Origin: an uncultured delta proteobacterium
Lineage (GTDB): Bacteria > Desulfobacterota > Syntrophobacteria > BM002
Assembly: GCA_963712115.1 (NCBI GenBank)
Contig: CAVQGX010000040.1
Coordinates: 11,562-75,561, forward strand
Reading direction: 5' to 3'
DNA: 64,000 nt
Every line of letters begins with the position of its first letter. The first letter of the stretch is position 1. The translations under genes were made by a program, and so were the position numbers. Positions 19,485-32,087 of the stretch are shown piece by piece. The notes below the pieces were generated by a model. It was not told the DNA's origin. It did not search any database and worked only from the letters and a program-made list of their open reading frames with translations.

Positions 19485-22400
19485 ATGGCTAAATATGACA
19501 TAAGCATTCGCGATTACTCGAGAATCATCCGAAAACGGAAGAATATTGTCATTGCTGCGGTGATACTTTGCACCATCTCCAGCTATCTCTTTGCTTTATT
19601 TGCCTCTCCAGAGCCCAGCTACCGGGCAACCTCCGCCGTTAAAGTAGAGCGGGTCACAGATCTCACCACCTTACTGTATGGGAGGGTTTCCTGGACCCTG
19701 TGGAATAATGTCACCACCCAGGCGGTGGTTATCACCAGCTTTCCCATAATGGAAGGTACCGCCAAGAAAATGGGGCTGATTCCCGAAAAGCTATCTTCAG
19801 CAGAGGTCCGCAACACTGAAAGGTATCTACGAATAGTTACCTCCATTAAATCCCAGGTCGAGACCGAGCGGGAAGCTGAGACCAACATCATCAACATCAC
19901 CGCCACAGCGGCAACACCCAAAGAAGCTGCGCTCATCGCCAACACTGTTGCCGAAGTGTACCATCAGGCCAACGTGGAAGAGCGAAACCAGAAAGTGCGG
20001 GAAACCAGGGAGTTCATTGAGAAGCAGCTGGAAGTGGTGGAAGGCCGCCTCCAGGAAGCTGAACAGAATCTTCGCACCTTTGAAGAAACTACCAATCTGG
20101 TTGCCATCGACGCCCAGACCGCCACTATTCTCAATCGCTTGAGCAGCCTGGAAACTGAATTTGCCCAGGTACAGCAAAAACGAGGCGTAGTCCAGAGGTT
20201 GTTGAAATCGCTCGAAGAAATCAGACAGGGTGGGCACTTTGGTGCGAAAGCATTTTTTATCGAGGATCCTCCCCCGGAACTCGCCAAGCTGATTGCCAGG
20301 CTCAGAGATCTTAGTTTGCGGCGCAAGGTTTTGCTCAACGACTATACCAAAGAGCACCCCAACGTCGAGGAGACTAATGCTGAACTCCGAGACGTCCTCT
20401 CTGAGATGGACAATGAGTTGAGATCCATGATGGCGACCTTGAATGATCGACTCCGGGACCTGGAAATTCGTCTCGCCGCTGCAAGGGCAGAGACCAAGAG
20501 CATTCCTGAAAGTTCCCTCATTCTGGCGAGGCTCCGCCGCGAGGTGGATGTAAATGCAGATTTACTCACCCAACTTAAATCTAAATACCAGGAAGTAATG
20601 ATTCAGGAGTCCGGGCTCATAGAAGAGGTCAAAATCATCAAGCCGGCCCTCGAGCCCGGCCAGCCTGTCAACATGCCAAACACTTTGATGAACACAGTTA
20701 CCGGAGCGGTAATCGGCCTGGTTATAGGGTTAGTCCTGGCCCTGATTGTGGAGACCATGGACACCTCATTGGGCACCATAGAGGATGTGGAGGAGACTCT
20801 GGGCGTGCCGGTCCTGGGGGTTATCCCAGCTGTTGATGAATTCTCCACCAGAGAGAAAGGGGAAGATGGCGCCAAATTGAAAGATCGGCCGTTGGTAACC
20901 CACTTTGCCCCGCGCTCTCCAGTTTCTGAAGCTTACCGGTCCCTGAGAACCAATCTGCAATTTATCTGGAAGGAAAGAGAAGCAAAAGTTTTTCTTGTCA
21001 CCAGCTCGTCCCTGCAGGAGGGGAAAACCTACAATGTGGTCAACCTCAGCCTGAGTCTGGCCCAAGCCGGAGAAAAAGTGCTGCTCATCGATGCTGATCT
21101 CCGCAGACCCTCAACCCATAATATTTTCGGCCTTGAAAGGCAACCAGGGCTCACAGATTACATTGTGGGAATCAGCGACTTGAAACATCCCGGAGAGGAT
21201 GCATATGAACTGGAAATGGGCAGTCTGCCGGAATTCCGAACGTTAGATGGCAGTTGGAAAGGCGTGACCAACACCATCATCGATGTGATGCTCGGCGAGT
21301 TCGAATTTGATGAAATCCTGAAAACTCCGGGGATGGATAATTTGCATATTATGAATGCGGGTCGAAGTCTTCTCAACCCCGCTGAAATCCTTCGTTCACC
21401 CAGGTTTAAAGAGTTCTTGCATGAGGTGAGGGAACACTACGACGTTATCATCATAGACACGCCACCGGTGCTGCCGGTGGCCGATGCCTTCGAGGTGGCT
21501 CCTGAGGTGGATGGGGTTATCCTGGTTTACGAGGTGGGTCGCATTGGCCGGGGAATTCTCCATCGAGCCAAGGTGCAACTGGAAAATGTGAATAGCAATG
21601 TCCTGGGAGTAATCCTCAACAATGTCAAACCTGATGTGGCCCCGGATTTCTATCGTTACCGCACGGATTATTACTACGAGCAAAAAAGTGACCAGGAGGC
21701 CTCAACACCATCTCTCCCGCTGGAAAGACTTGATTGGCCAGGGAATAGGAGGGATGCGCAGCATCTTCAGTAAGAAGCGACCGACCTCGGCAACGGAGGG
21801 CAAAGGATTAAATCTACTTATTTTGTCGGTACTAATGGGGCTTGTGCTCATAGGAGGTCTCCTGTGGTTTAAGTCTCCTAATCCCAGCCCCCCAACTAAG
21901 AAGTCCCAAAGTCAAAGAGCCAAAATAGTCGCACCCGCCAGCGACAGTAAGGCGAGCAGCGAATTGCCCAGAGAGTCCAGCAAGGCTGCACCGGCGGTCA
22001 AGGTAGAAGAGGCGGTGAGGAGATCTGAACCTGAGCAAGCACAAGAAAAGCTCTCGGGCGCGGCTAAACAATCGGCTGAAAAAGCAGAACTGGTAGCGGT
22101 AAAACCAAGGGTGGCGAATAAGCCAAACCAATTTATCCCATTGCAGCTGAGTGAAGCCCAGACCTGGGAAAGTCTGCCCCAAATAGCCGAGATCCGATTA
22201 GGGCCGGGCTTTCACACCCCAATACTCCACCTCATTCAGAGGGGAACTCGGCTGCAGGTGGTGGGCAGAAATGGAGATTGGCTCAAGCTTGAACTAAGAA
22301 ACGGAAGCACCGGCTGGATCTATCACAGCCTGGCGCAACCTGAACGAGAACATGTAAGAAAGCCGCTTACTGCTGTGAAAGAATCGAAGGAAACTTCAGG

Positions 22401-22827
22401 ACCCATTGCAGCACAACCGAATATGATTAAAAAGGCGAGTTCAGCAGAAGAGAGGCACTCCCCAAGGCAGAAGGGAGCTGAAACTTACGTTAGTCTACCC
22501 AATGTAGCCAAGATCAGATCAGAGCCCAGCATTCACGCTCCCGTGCTCCAACTGATTCGGAGGGGAACACGGCTTCAGGTAGTGGGCAGAAATGGATATT
22601 GGCTCAAGCTTCAACTAAGAAACGGAAGCACCGGCTGGATCTATCACAGCCTGGCGCAGCCTGAACGAGAGCTTGTAGAAAAGCCGCTCACTGTGCTCAG
22701 AGGATCGAAGGGGATTACAGAGCCCTTTTCTGTAAAAACAAATGTGATGCAAAATTCGAGCTTTGCAGAAGAGATTCTCTCTTCAATGCAAAACGGCAGT
22801 GAAGTTGCCCTAGTCTATCCAGATTAG
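19485..22827 (+). CDS. wzc: Wzc-like polysaccharide co-polymerase/tyrosine kinase with C-terminal TM + 2 SH3b domains (frameshift ~21705)
   Basis: Two TMs around a coiled coil; TSSSLQEGKT, LLIDADLRRP, IIIDTPP; Tyr cluster FYRYRTDYYY; continues in ORF 21622-22827 (LSRWKD.. matches paralog LSRWRE..) with TM and GTRLQVVGRNGxWLKL..GSTGWIYHSL repeats. Confidence 0.8.
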
Positions 22828-23025
22828 CCAAGATCGGATCTAGGCCGGGCATTAATGCTTTAAACCACTTGACGGGAAACGCGGCTACAAAAATAGGGAT
22901 CAACACCTGTGGCCATTGGCATAAGCTGATGGCTGAGCGCTGATAGCCGATCGCGCTCATCGAAAACGGCTTTTCGGATGAGCACTAATCATAAACTGTT
23001 GAGGCATGGATTTTCCCTGGCTGGC

Positions 23026-23054
23026 TTGACATCTATTATGAAATCTAGTAGGGT
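23026..23054 (+). promoter_or_regulatory. Putative sigma-70 promoter
   Basis: TTGACA-N17-TAGGGT upstream of the wza-like gene. Confidence 0.45.
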
Positions 23055-23108
23055 CCGCCGGAAATCAACGGGGTGCCAGGCCTCAACCAATTGAGGTGGA
23101 TTGGAACC

Positions 23109-25294
23109 ATGTCGTTGATATCAAGAAAAAATAACATTCCTATCCAAATTCTCCTTGGACTGGTCTTTCTTCTCGCTGTCCAGCCAGCCTGCACTATCCA
23201 AAGAAGGGCCACTGCAAAACACCCCGAGTCCTACCAGATAAAGCCCTGGAGTCTGGCTACTTCAGGCATCTATCAAACAGTTGCGGTGGGAGACTTGAAT
23301 GGGGACCAGCACAAGGACATTGTCGGTGGTTCTTCTGTGCCGGGTACAGTAGCCATCTGGTACGGAAATGGCCGAGGGGCCTGGTCCTTTCCTACTTTCC
23401 TCGCGGTAAAGGGAGACGTCCGCTCCATTGCCCTGGCTGATTTTGACACAGATGGACGTCCAGATCTCGCCTTCAGCATCAAGGGAGACAACCCTGGAAT
23501 TCAGGTCTGGATGAACCGCGGCCAAGAAGGCTGGGAAAAGGGCAAGTCTCCAGCGGACACCGGCAAATTCAACGGTATGCGCACCGAAGATATCAATGGA
23601 GACGGTAACCTTGATTTGATCGCTGCGGCAGCGGGTATTGATGGAAATGGTGGCATCAGGGTGTGGCTCGGAGACGGTCAGGGTGGCTGGCTTACCGAAG
23701 TTGGCCCCACTGCGCGCGATGAGTATATCGATGTTGAGGTGGCGGATTTCAACGAGGATGGCCATCTGGACATTGGCGGCTCGTCTATCAGACCGAATGG
23801 TGCACTCCGGGTTTGGTTGGGGGACAGCGAGGGAGGCTGGTCCGACCTGGACCCCCTTGAACTGGGCAATTTTTATGCACTCACAATTGGAGACCTCAAT
23901 CGAGACGGGCACATCGACCTGTTTGCCGGGACATACCAGAACGGTATCCGGGTCTTTTTGGGCGACGGCCGGGGCGGCTTCGCCCGACTGAGCCCCCCTG
24001 TGAGTAAGGGTAGCTTTTGGAAAGTAATTTCGGGTGAAGTTGAAGGCGGCGGTGGCCAGGAACTCTTTGCTTCCTCTATGGATTCTCAGGGCATTTGGGT
24101 CTGGCAATGGCAGAATGGAAGCCTTTCTCCCCTATCTGACTTTTACGGGTCCTCCGGCACTTATTACGACATGGTACTGAGCGATCTGGATTCAGACGGC
24201 CGGCAAGACCTGGTGGCCGCAAGCGACGGCCAGGGGGTGAGCATATGGGCCAAGCAGGCGCAAACACGCTCCTTCTCAGCCGTATCCTTTAGTGGTTTCG
24301 GAGCATCATTTACCGACGGCAGAAAGGAAGTTTTCCCCATCGATCCCGAGGAAAATGAGGTCTTTGTCACCATTGACGGACGGCCCCAATATAAAATCGG
24401 TCCGGAGGACTTGCTGGAGATCAGCCTGTGGAAAGGAGTGGAGGAAACGAAATACCTTGTACCGGTCCGTCCCGATGGCATGATCACCTTTACTTTTCTC
24501 GAGGACATCAAGGTATCAGGCCTTACAGCCCAACAAGTGGACGACCTGCTCACCACAGAACTGAGCCATTATATCAGACGACCCCGAGTAACCGTACGGG
24601 TGAAAGAGTACAACAGCAAATTCGTCTCCTTGTTAGGTGCAATCAGTACTACAACTGGAATTATTTTGGACCTGATACTCCGAGAGGTTCTCGTTCGGGG
24701 CCCGGCAGCTATGCACTCACTGGCAAAACTACTGTGCTTCAGGCTCTAGCCCGGGCTGGTGGTCCTTCTGAACAGGCCAACCTTCGCCAGGTAAGTATCA
24801 GACGTGAGACAGGGCAGGCTGTCACCGTGAATATTAATAAGGTTATTACCCAGGGAGATGTTAGCCAAAACATCGTTCTGGACGCTGGTGACACTGTGCT
24901 GGTTCCTCCAGTTGCTGAAGATCCCAGAAATAGGGTCTTCGTCTTCGGAGAGGTCAGAAACCCCGGTGTTTTCCCTACCCGAGAAGAAATCACCGTAATG
25001 GAAGCAATTGCTCTGTCCGGTGGTTTCGAGCAAAGAGCCGTACTGGGTGATGCCAAGATATTGCGGGGCGACATGACCAGACCCGAGGTAATAGCCTGTG
25101 ACCTGAACAGACTCCTGAAAAAAGGAGATATGAGTCAGAATATTACCTTACACAACGGAGATGTCCTTTACGTACCCAAGAACACTATTGGCAGGATAAG
25201 CGACTTCCTGCGGGAGATTCAGCCCATTCTTGACTTCATTCTCTGGCCGGCAAGAGTTTGGGACGGCTACAAGGGTGAGGCACCTTTTGACTAG
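23109..25294 (+). CDS. wza: Wza-like polysaccharide export lipoprotein fused to an FG-GAP beta-propeller (frameshift ~24650)
   Basis: Signal with Cys (LLAVQPAC); 7 FG-GAP-type repeats; Poly_export YKIGPEDLLEISLW..VRPDGMITF..PRVTV; SLBB domains (ALARAGG, VFVFGEVRNPG, LHNGDVLYVP) in ORF 24428-25294. Confidence 0.85.
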
Positions 25295-25535
25295 GCACAA
25301 AAAGAGACCTACTGAGCAGGATAGAAAGGTAAAATGTTGAAATACTTATAATTAATTGAAAATCTCCCCCTTTTGTAAAGGGGGATGTAAGGGGGATTTT
25401 TTATCTCGGCTGGATGTTCATTAAACTACTCAGAGATTATTAATTGGTAAGCATAGCCAAACAAAACCACCGGCTCAGCCGGTGAGTTTTTAAAGTACCA
25501 AAATACTGCCGGGCTGGATAACCTACAGTTATTAC

Positions 25536-28500
25536 ATGGCAAAATATGACATAAATATACGCGATTACTGGCGGATCATCCGCAAACGCAGAACTGTTGT
25601 CATCCTGTCTGCCATATTGTTCACCGTCTTTAGCTATCTCTTTGCTGTGGTGCGCACTCCTGAACCCATCTACGAGGCGACCTCCGCCGTCAAAGTAGAG
25701 AAGGCCACTGATCTCACTACCTTACTCCTCGGCACCGTCTCCTGGACTTCTTGGGACAACGTGGCAACTCAGGCGGTGATTATTACCAGTTTTCCAGTAA
25801 TCGAAGAATCAGCACGACAGATGGGGCTGATCCCTGAAAATGTCTCCCCAGCCCAGGTCCGCAGTACCCATAAATATCTCCAAGTAGTAAATGGACTCAA
25901 ATCGCAGATCGCAACCGAGCAGGAGGGCAACACCAACATCATAAACATCACCGCTAACTCTTCAAATGCCACTGAGGCTGCACTGCTCGCCAACACAGTT
26001 GCCGAAGTCTACCGCCAGAATAATGTTGATGAACGGAACAAGAAGGTCAGAGAAACCAGGGAGTTCATTGAGAAGCAGTTGGAAGTTGTTGAAAGCCGCC
26101 TTCAGGAAGCTGAACAAAATCTTCGCAATTACGAAAAAGACACCAAACTGGTAGCCATTGACGCTCAGACCACCGCTGTCATTAGTCGTCTTATCAGCCT
26201 CGAGAATGAGGTGGCCGATCTACAGCAAAAGAGAGTTGAAGTCAAAAGACAGCTTGGACTGCTGCAACAATTCCGTGAGGGGAAGCAGAGTGTCAGCAAA
26301 GAAGCATTCTACGTCGAGAATCCCTCTCCCCAACTAGCTAAGCTCACAGCCAAATTCAGAGACCTGAGCTTGCGGCGCGAAGTCCTCCTCAACGACTATA
26401 CAGAGGAGCACCCCGAGGTGGATGCTGTCGATGCGGAGCTGGCGAATGTTCTTTCAGAAATGGAAAAAGAACTGAGGTCCATGCTGACCACAATGGACGG
26501 CCGCTTGCAGGACTTGGGAAAGCGGCTCGAAGCAGCACGGGGTCAGGCAATGGCCATCCCAGACAGTGTTCTTACCCTCGCCAGGCTGCGCCGGGAGGTG
26601 GAGTTAAACGGGGATCTTCTTGCCCAGCTCAAATCCAAGTATCAAGAAGTGATGATCCAGGAATCGGGTCTCATAGAAGAGGTTAAGATCATCAAACCTG
26701 CTCTGGAGCCAAGCTATCCTATCAATATGCCCAACACTCTGATGAACACCGTCACTGGCGGGATAATTGGCCTCGTTGTCGGCCTGGTGCTTGCTTTGAT
26801 TGTAGAGACCATGGACACATCTCTGGGCACCATCGAAGATGTGGAGGAGATTCTAGGCATACCCGTACTCGGCGTTATCCCATCTGTTCAGGAATTTGCC
26901 TTTAGTGAGAAAGATGAAACCGGTGTTAAACCAAGAGGTGAGCCTCTGGTAACCCACTTTGCCCCGCGCTCTCCCGTGTCAGAAGCTTACCGCTCATTGA
27001 GGACGAATCTCCAATTTATCCGAACGGATAAGAAGGCAAAAGCTTACCTGATTACCAGCTCTTCCCTGCAGGAAGGGAAAACCTACAATGTGGTCAACCT
27101 GAGCCTGAGTCTGGCCCAGGCTGGGGAAAAAGTCCTCTTGATAGACGCTGATTTGCGCAGACCCACCGTCCACCATATTTTCGGCCTCGAGAGACAACCA
27201 GGGCTCACGGACTACATCGTGGGAACGGGTGAGCTGGAACCAAGGCCGGAGAACACTGTTGTACTCGACACGACTCTGACGTTCAACTCCGCGCAGACTG
27301 ATAACGGCTGGGAAAACGTGACCAACAACATCATTGATTTAATGCTGGGCGAGTTTGGCATTGATGACATTCTGAAAACCCCGGGGCTGGATAATTTGCA
27401 TATCATCAACGCCGGACAAGGTCTGCTCAACCCAGGCTGAAATCCTTAGATCACCCAGGTTCAAGGAGTTTCTCCATGAGGTAAGGGAACACTACGATAT
27501 CATAATTGTAGATACACCGCCGGTTCTGCCCGTGGCCGATGCCTTCGAGGTGGCTCCTGAAGTGGATGGCGTCATCCTGGTTTACGAAGTGGGCCGAATA
27601 GGGCGGGGAATTCTAAAGAGAGCCAAGGTGCAACTGGAGAACGTAAATAGCAATGTCCTGGGGGTCATCCTCAACAATGTCAAACCCGATGTGGCACCGG
27701 ATTTCTATCGTTACCGGACAGACTACTACTATAGGGCAGAGGATAGCGGCGAAGAATCGGTTCCTCTTTCCCGCTGGCGTGAATTCGTTCGCCAGCCTCT
27801 CCGCACTTTTCAGAACATCATCGGTAAAATGCGGCTTGCGTCTGAAGCCAAGGGGAAACGAACTGCAATTAGCCTGTTTCTACTCGTTGGCATTCTCGCT
27901 CTTGCCGGTCTTGCTTGGCAAAATTATCCAAAAATCAGGTCTGCAATTGAGAGCCACCCGGATCAGAAAGGGACTAGTGCTCAGAACAAAGCGCAGCAAA
28001 AGCCAATCGTTGCCACCACCACGCCCAAGCAAGCAGGAATGGGCAGGCCCGATGTTTCTTCTGCAGCGCAATTGCAGAAAACCGGATCAATAGAGCCTCC
28101 TCCACAAGGACAAATCCTTGATCAAGAGGAGATCAAACCTGACCAACCAGCTGCATCCCAAAGGCGTGGCAAAGAGGAGATCAAAGCCACAGATCAGACC
28201 ACTGAAGAGCAACTGACTAGGGAGACGGTAGTAGTTGCCCGCACTCCAGTTGCAGAGGATCGGACTGTCGCGGAGAAGAAGCCAGCTGAAGCGAAAGCCT
28301 TATCTCCAGAATCATCCATCGAACTTTTGGTGGAAAAATGGCGCCGTTCCTGGGAAGAGGGCGACTTGCAGGTTTATATCGGTTGTTATCACCCGGACTT
28401 CAGAGCACGAGGCATGAATATTCAGGCCTGGAAAGACTACAAACAGGACCTGTTTAACCGTACTCCTGAGAGGGATGTAAAAATCAGCGACATTAAGGTT

Positions 28501-29011
28501 GAACTGAACGGTTCGCGCGCGGTGGTCACCTTTAAACAGCGCTATCAGACCAAGAACTACAAGGGGCTCGGCTTGAAAACGTTTCAGCTCACTAATTACG
28601 AGGGTAATTGGGCCATTTTGGAGGAGTCCTACGAGTCCCTTCCCGCTGTGGTAGAACCGGTCGAGGTTGCAATACAAGGTTTTGTTGAAAATTGGCGTCG
28701 GGCTTGGGAAGAGGGAAACCTGCCAACCTATATCGCCTGCTACCATCCCCAGTTCGAGACAGATGAGATGGACCATCACGGCCTGGAAAAGATATAAGCA
28801 GGATCTCTTCAGACGTTCTGCGAAACGGAATGTTCAGATCAGTGATATGCAAATTCAAGATAACGGCTCCAGTGCAGTGGTTACTTTCAAACAAAGATAC
28901 CAGACAGCGAAACACCGAGATCTCGGCCTAAAGACTCTCCATCTGCGTCGCCATCAAGACCGCTGGACTATCCTTAAGGAAAACTGGCAGCCCCTTTCCG
29001 GTCAAGGATAG
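25536..29011 (+). CDS. wzc: Second Wzc-like tyrosine kinase with C-terminal TM + 2 NTF2-like domains (frameshifts ~27435, ~28775)
   Basis: Close paralog of the 19485 gene; ORF 27532-28797 runs in frame from kinase end through YYY cluster, TM and low-complexity linker into WRRSWEEGD..YHPDF..VVTFKQRYQT..WxILxE repeats. Confidence 0.82.
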
Positions 29012-29020
29012 ATACTTCAT

Positions 29021-30418
29021 ATGCCGAAATTGTCCTCCAAGAGCTACTTTAAAAATCGGCGCACCCTCCGCAGCTATGGTTATAATCTTGATTGGTGCTC
29101 TTCTGGTGGGCTACCTGCTCACAATGCTCAGCGCCGTCCACAGTTTTCTTACTCGTTATTCTGCTCTTGATCTTCGTCTGTGTCTTTGTCTGGCCGGAAG
29201 CCGGTCTTTACCTGGTCATCTTTTCCATGCTCCTTTCCCCGGAAATCATCGCCGGAGATATAGGCGGTAAGGCCACTCTTGGTCGCGGGTTTACCTTGAG
29301 ACTTGAAGATTTCTTATTGATATTCATTGGCCTCAGTTGGTTTGCCAGAACTGCCGTGGATAAAACCACAGGTCTTTTTCGAAAGACTCCTCTAAACCAA
29401 CCCATCGCTGCTTACATTCTTGCTTGTTTTCTCGCCACTCTTTGGGGAAAGTTCACTGGCAATGTAGAGGGCAAAGCTGGCTTCTTCTTCGTTTTGAAAT
29501 ACTTTGAGTACATGATTGTCTTCTTCATGGTGGTCAACTATGTTGACACCGCAGATCAGGCCAAACGTCTACTTTTCTGTCTCTTTCTCACCTGTTTCAT
29601 AGTTTCCATATATGGGCTTATCCAGATACCCGGCGGAGGTAGGGTAAGCGCCCCTTTTGAAGGGGAAGTGGGAGAGCCCAATACCTTTGGTGGCTACCTG
29701 GTCTTCATGGGAGCTGTAGGCGTGGCTTTGATGGACCATTTGAAAGATATGCGGGTACGACTTGGGTTGGCTGTGCTTTTGGGTGTCCTCCTGATAAGCC
29801 TTCTCTACACCCAGTCTCGGGCCTCATACCTGGCGGTGATTCCAGCTTATCTCGTGCTTAGCCTTTTGAGCCAACGGAGATTCTATCTGATTGCAGGATT
29901 GATTGTTGCCCTTGCCCTAAGTCCACTTATCATTCCCCGTGTGGCCAAGGAAAGAATTGCTTATACCTTCACGCAGCCGGAAGCAAAAGGGCCAGATTCA
30001 ATTTGGGAAAGTCCGGCTCGATACCTCGGCATCGGCTCGTATTATTGGTTACAAGCAGGGACTTTCGGCTTGGCGAAAAAGTCCTATTTTGGGTTACGGG
30101 GTCACCGGGTACCATTTTATGGATGCCCAATATCCCAGAATTTTGGTTGAAACAGGTATTGTCGGCATGCTCGCTTTCGCCTGGCTCGTTTATGCACTTT
30201 TTCAGGTGGGGCTCAACACCTGGCGAGATGCACAGGACGATCTACTGCGTGGATTATCGGTGGGACTGATCGCCGGACTGGTAGGACTGCTGGTGCATGC
30301 CATTGGCGCCAATACTTTTATTATCGTGCGAATCATGGAACCGTTCTGGTTTCTTACTGGAATCGTTATCGCTCTATCCGCAATGGGTGAAGAAAGTAAA
30401 CACGTGCATGCTTTCTGA
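29021..30418 (+). CDS. O-antigen ligase/Wzy polymerase family protein (frameshifted)
   Basis: Multi-TM; RVSAPF..GEPNTFGGYL, YTQSRAS, SPILGYG, ILVETGIVG motifs across ORFs 29092-30150 and 29939-30418; start uncertain. Confidence 0.8.
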
Positions 30419-30929
30419 GAATTCATGATTCAAGCTCACCTAAGACTCACGATAAGTCTTTCACTCTTGGCTTCTAGAGCTGACTTTGTAGGATCACAAC
30501 TTCTCCTCGAACTTACCATTTACTCCTGCTTTTTGCCACCTACTGTCAATTATGTCATCTGGCTGGAAGAACGAATGTAGAGGAATAGTTTTTGCACCTT
30601 GAGATCTTTTTAACCTATATACATAGAAGCGGTGAGATTAGTCCTAGGTTGGTACTAAAATACGAAAAATAAGGTCCAACCCGGAGGATGAAAGGCCATA
30701 TCAGTATCACAGGTATTTTTGTCGGTTGCGTTGTAACCGAGTTGGCGGAGCTATGTTATCGAGAGGTGGGACAGTGGACAAAAGAAGCCAGAAAATAGAT
30801 TAATCATTTAGGTCTTAGAGAGGTCAACGATCGAAGGAGATGGGGAAAGCCCTCGATAGTAAACCAGTCCCACTACACATGCATCGCCACTTCCCAGGTA
30901 CTTAACAGATCCACTGAGACGTCGGTTCC

Positions 30930-32087
30930 ATGGAGCGCTTGAAGATCCTATTTCTTAGCACCTGCTATCCTACGAAAGAGGACCCAGTGGGAGGTGTTTT
31001 CGTACGCGAGCATGCTAAAGCAGTTCAGCTTTATCACGATGTACGTGTACTTCATTGTGTCGGAACTGACTTTAATCTAAGGCGGCTATGGCGCATGCGA
31101 CAAGAGACGGATGAAAGCCTTACAGAGGGCGTCCCAACTTATAGGGTCTGGTATCATAGCTTGCCCATCCCCAAAATTTGGTACTTTTTCTTCATTTGGG
31201 TTGTGTTTCAGGCTTTCCGTCAAGTTGTTTCCGAAGGTTTCCGACCAAATATCATTCATGCTCACTTCTATGATGTGGGCGTTCCCGCTGTTTTAATAGG
31301 GAAGTTTTATGATACGCCTGTTGTTGTGACGGAGCATTTTACTGGGTTTCTGAGGAAAACCATCCGTGGTTTAGAGTCGTGGAAAGCGAAATTTGCTTTT
31401 GAAAGGGCGGGCCTCGTTATGCCAGTAAGCAAATCTTTGCAGAAGGCGATTGAAGGATATGGAATAAACGCTCACTTTGCAGTTGTTCCAAACGTAGTTG
31501 ACACCAACCTGTTCAATCCCGGTCCATATCCACAGCTTGACAATCAGTTGAATCGTCTACTCTTTGTGGGCCTACTAGATGCTTCTCATAAGAAAGGAGT
31601 GCCTTATCTGCTCACTTCATTATCCATGCTGCGGCAGCTGCGGGATGATTGGCTCCTTGATATCGTGGGGGACGGACCTGCGCGACAAGAATATGAACGC
31701 ATGGCTGAGGATTTGGGGATCCACGATAAGATTGAATTCCATGGCCTGAAGAGTAAACAAGAGATTTCCGAATTCATGCGCCGAGCAGACATCTTTGTTC
31801 TACCCAGCATCTGGGAGAACTTACCATGTGTGCTAATTGAAGCGATGGCCTGTGGTTTACCTATCGTTGCAACTTTTGTAGGCGGAATCCCAGAATTAAT
31901 TCATAATGGGATAGGAATTCTGATACCGCCAGGCGATGCCGACAAGCTTTTGCATGCTATTGTGCAGATGATGGAGTCTCTGAATGGATTTGACCGCCGC
32001 GCAATTGCACAAACAGCAATTCAATATTGCCCAGAGTCTGTCGGCGGACTGATCCACTCAATTTACGAGGATTGTTTAAGAAGATGA
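30930..32087 (+). CDS. Glycosyltransferase family 4
   Basis: IIHAH, FVLPSIWENLPCVLIEAMACGLPIV. Confidence 0.9.
   Translation: MERLKILFLSTCYPTKEDPVGGVFVREHAKAVQLYHDVRVLHCVGTDFNLRRLWRMRQETDESLTEGVPTYRVWYHSLPIPKIWYFFFIWVVFQAFRQVVSEGFRPNIIHAHFYDVGVPAVLIGKFYDTPVVVTEHFTGFLRKTIRGLESWKAKFAFERAGLVMPVSKSLQKAIEGYGINAHFAVVPNVVDTNLFNPGPYPQLDNQLNRLLFVGLLDASHKKGVPYLLTSLSMLRQLRDDWLLDIVGDGPARQEYERMAEDLGIHDKIEFHGLKSKQEISEFMRRADIFVLPSIWENLPCVLIEAMACGLPIVATFVGGIPELIHNGIGILIPPGDADKLLHAIVQMMESLNGFDRRAIAQTAIQYCPESVGGLIHSIYEDCLRR

Noticed and set aside
21690-21720. Programmed ribosomal frameshift giving short and long Wzc forms
   Set aside because: No slippery heptamer is evident, the paralog is in frame at the same point, and indels are frequent throughout the window.
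23262-24107. 281-aa antisense ORF (and similar, e.g. 62515-63327, 32747-33334)
   Set aside because: Shadow ORFs opposite well-supported genes, with no recognisable motifs.
30581-30596. Additional sigma-54 site (AGGAAT-N5-TTGCA)
   Set aside because: Poor -24 match and ~330 nt from the next gene; insufficient support.
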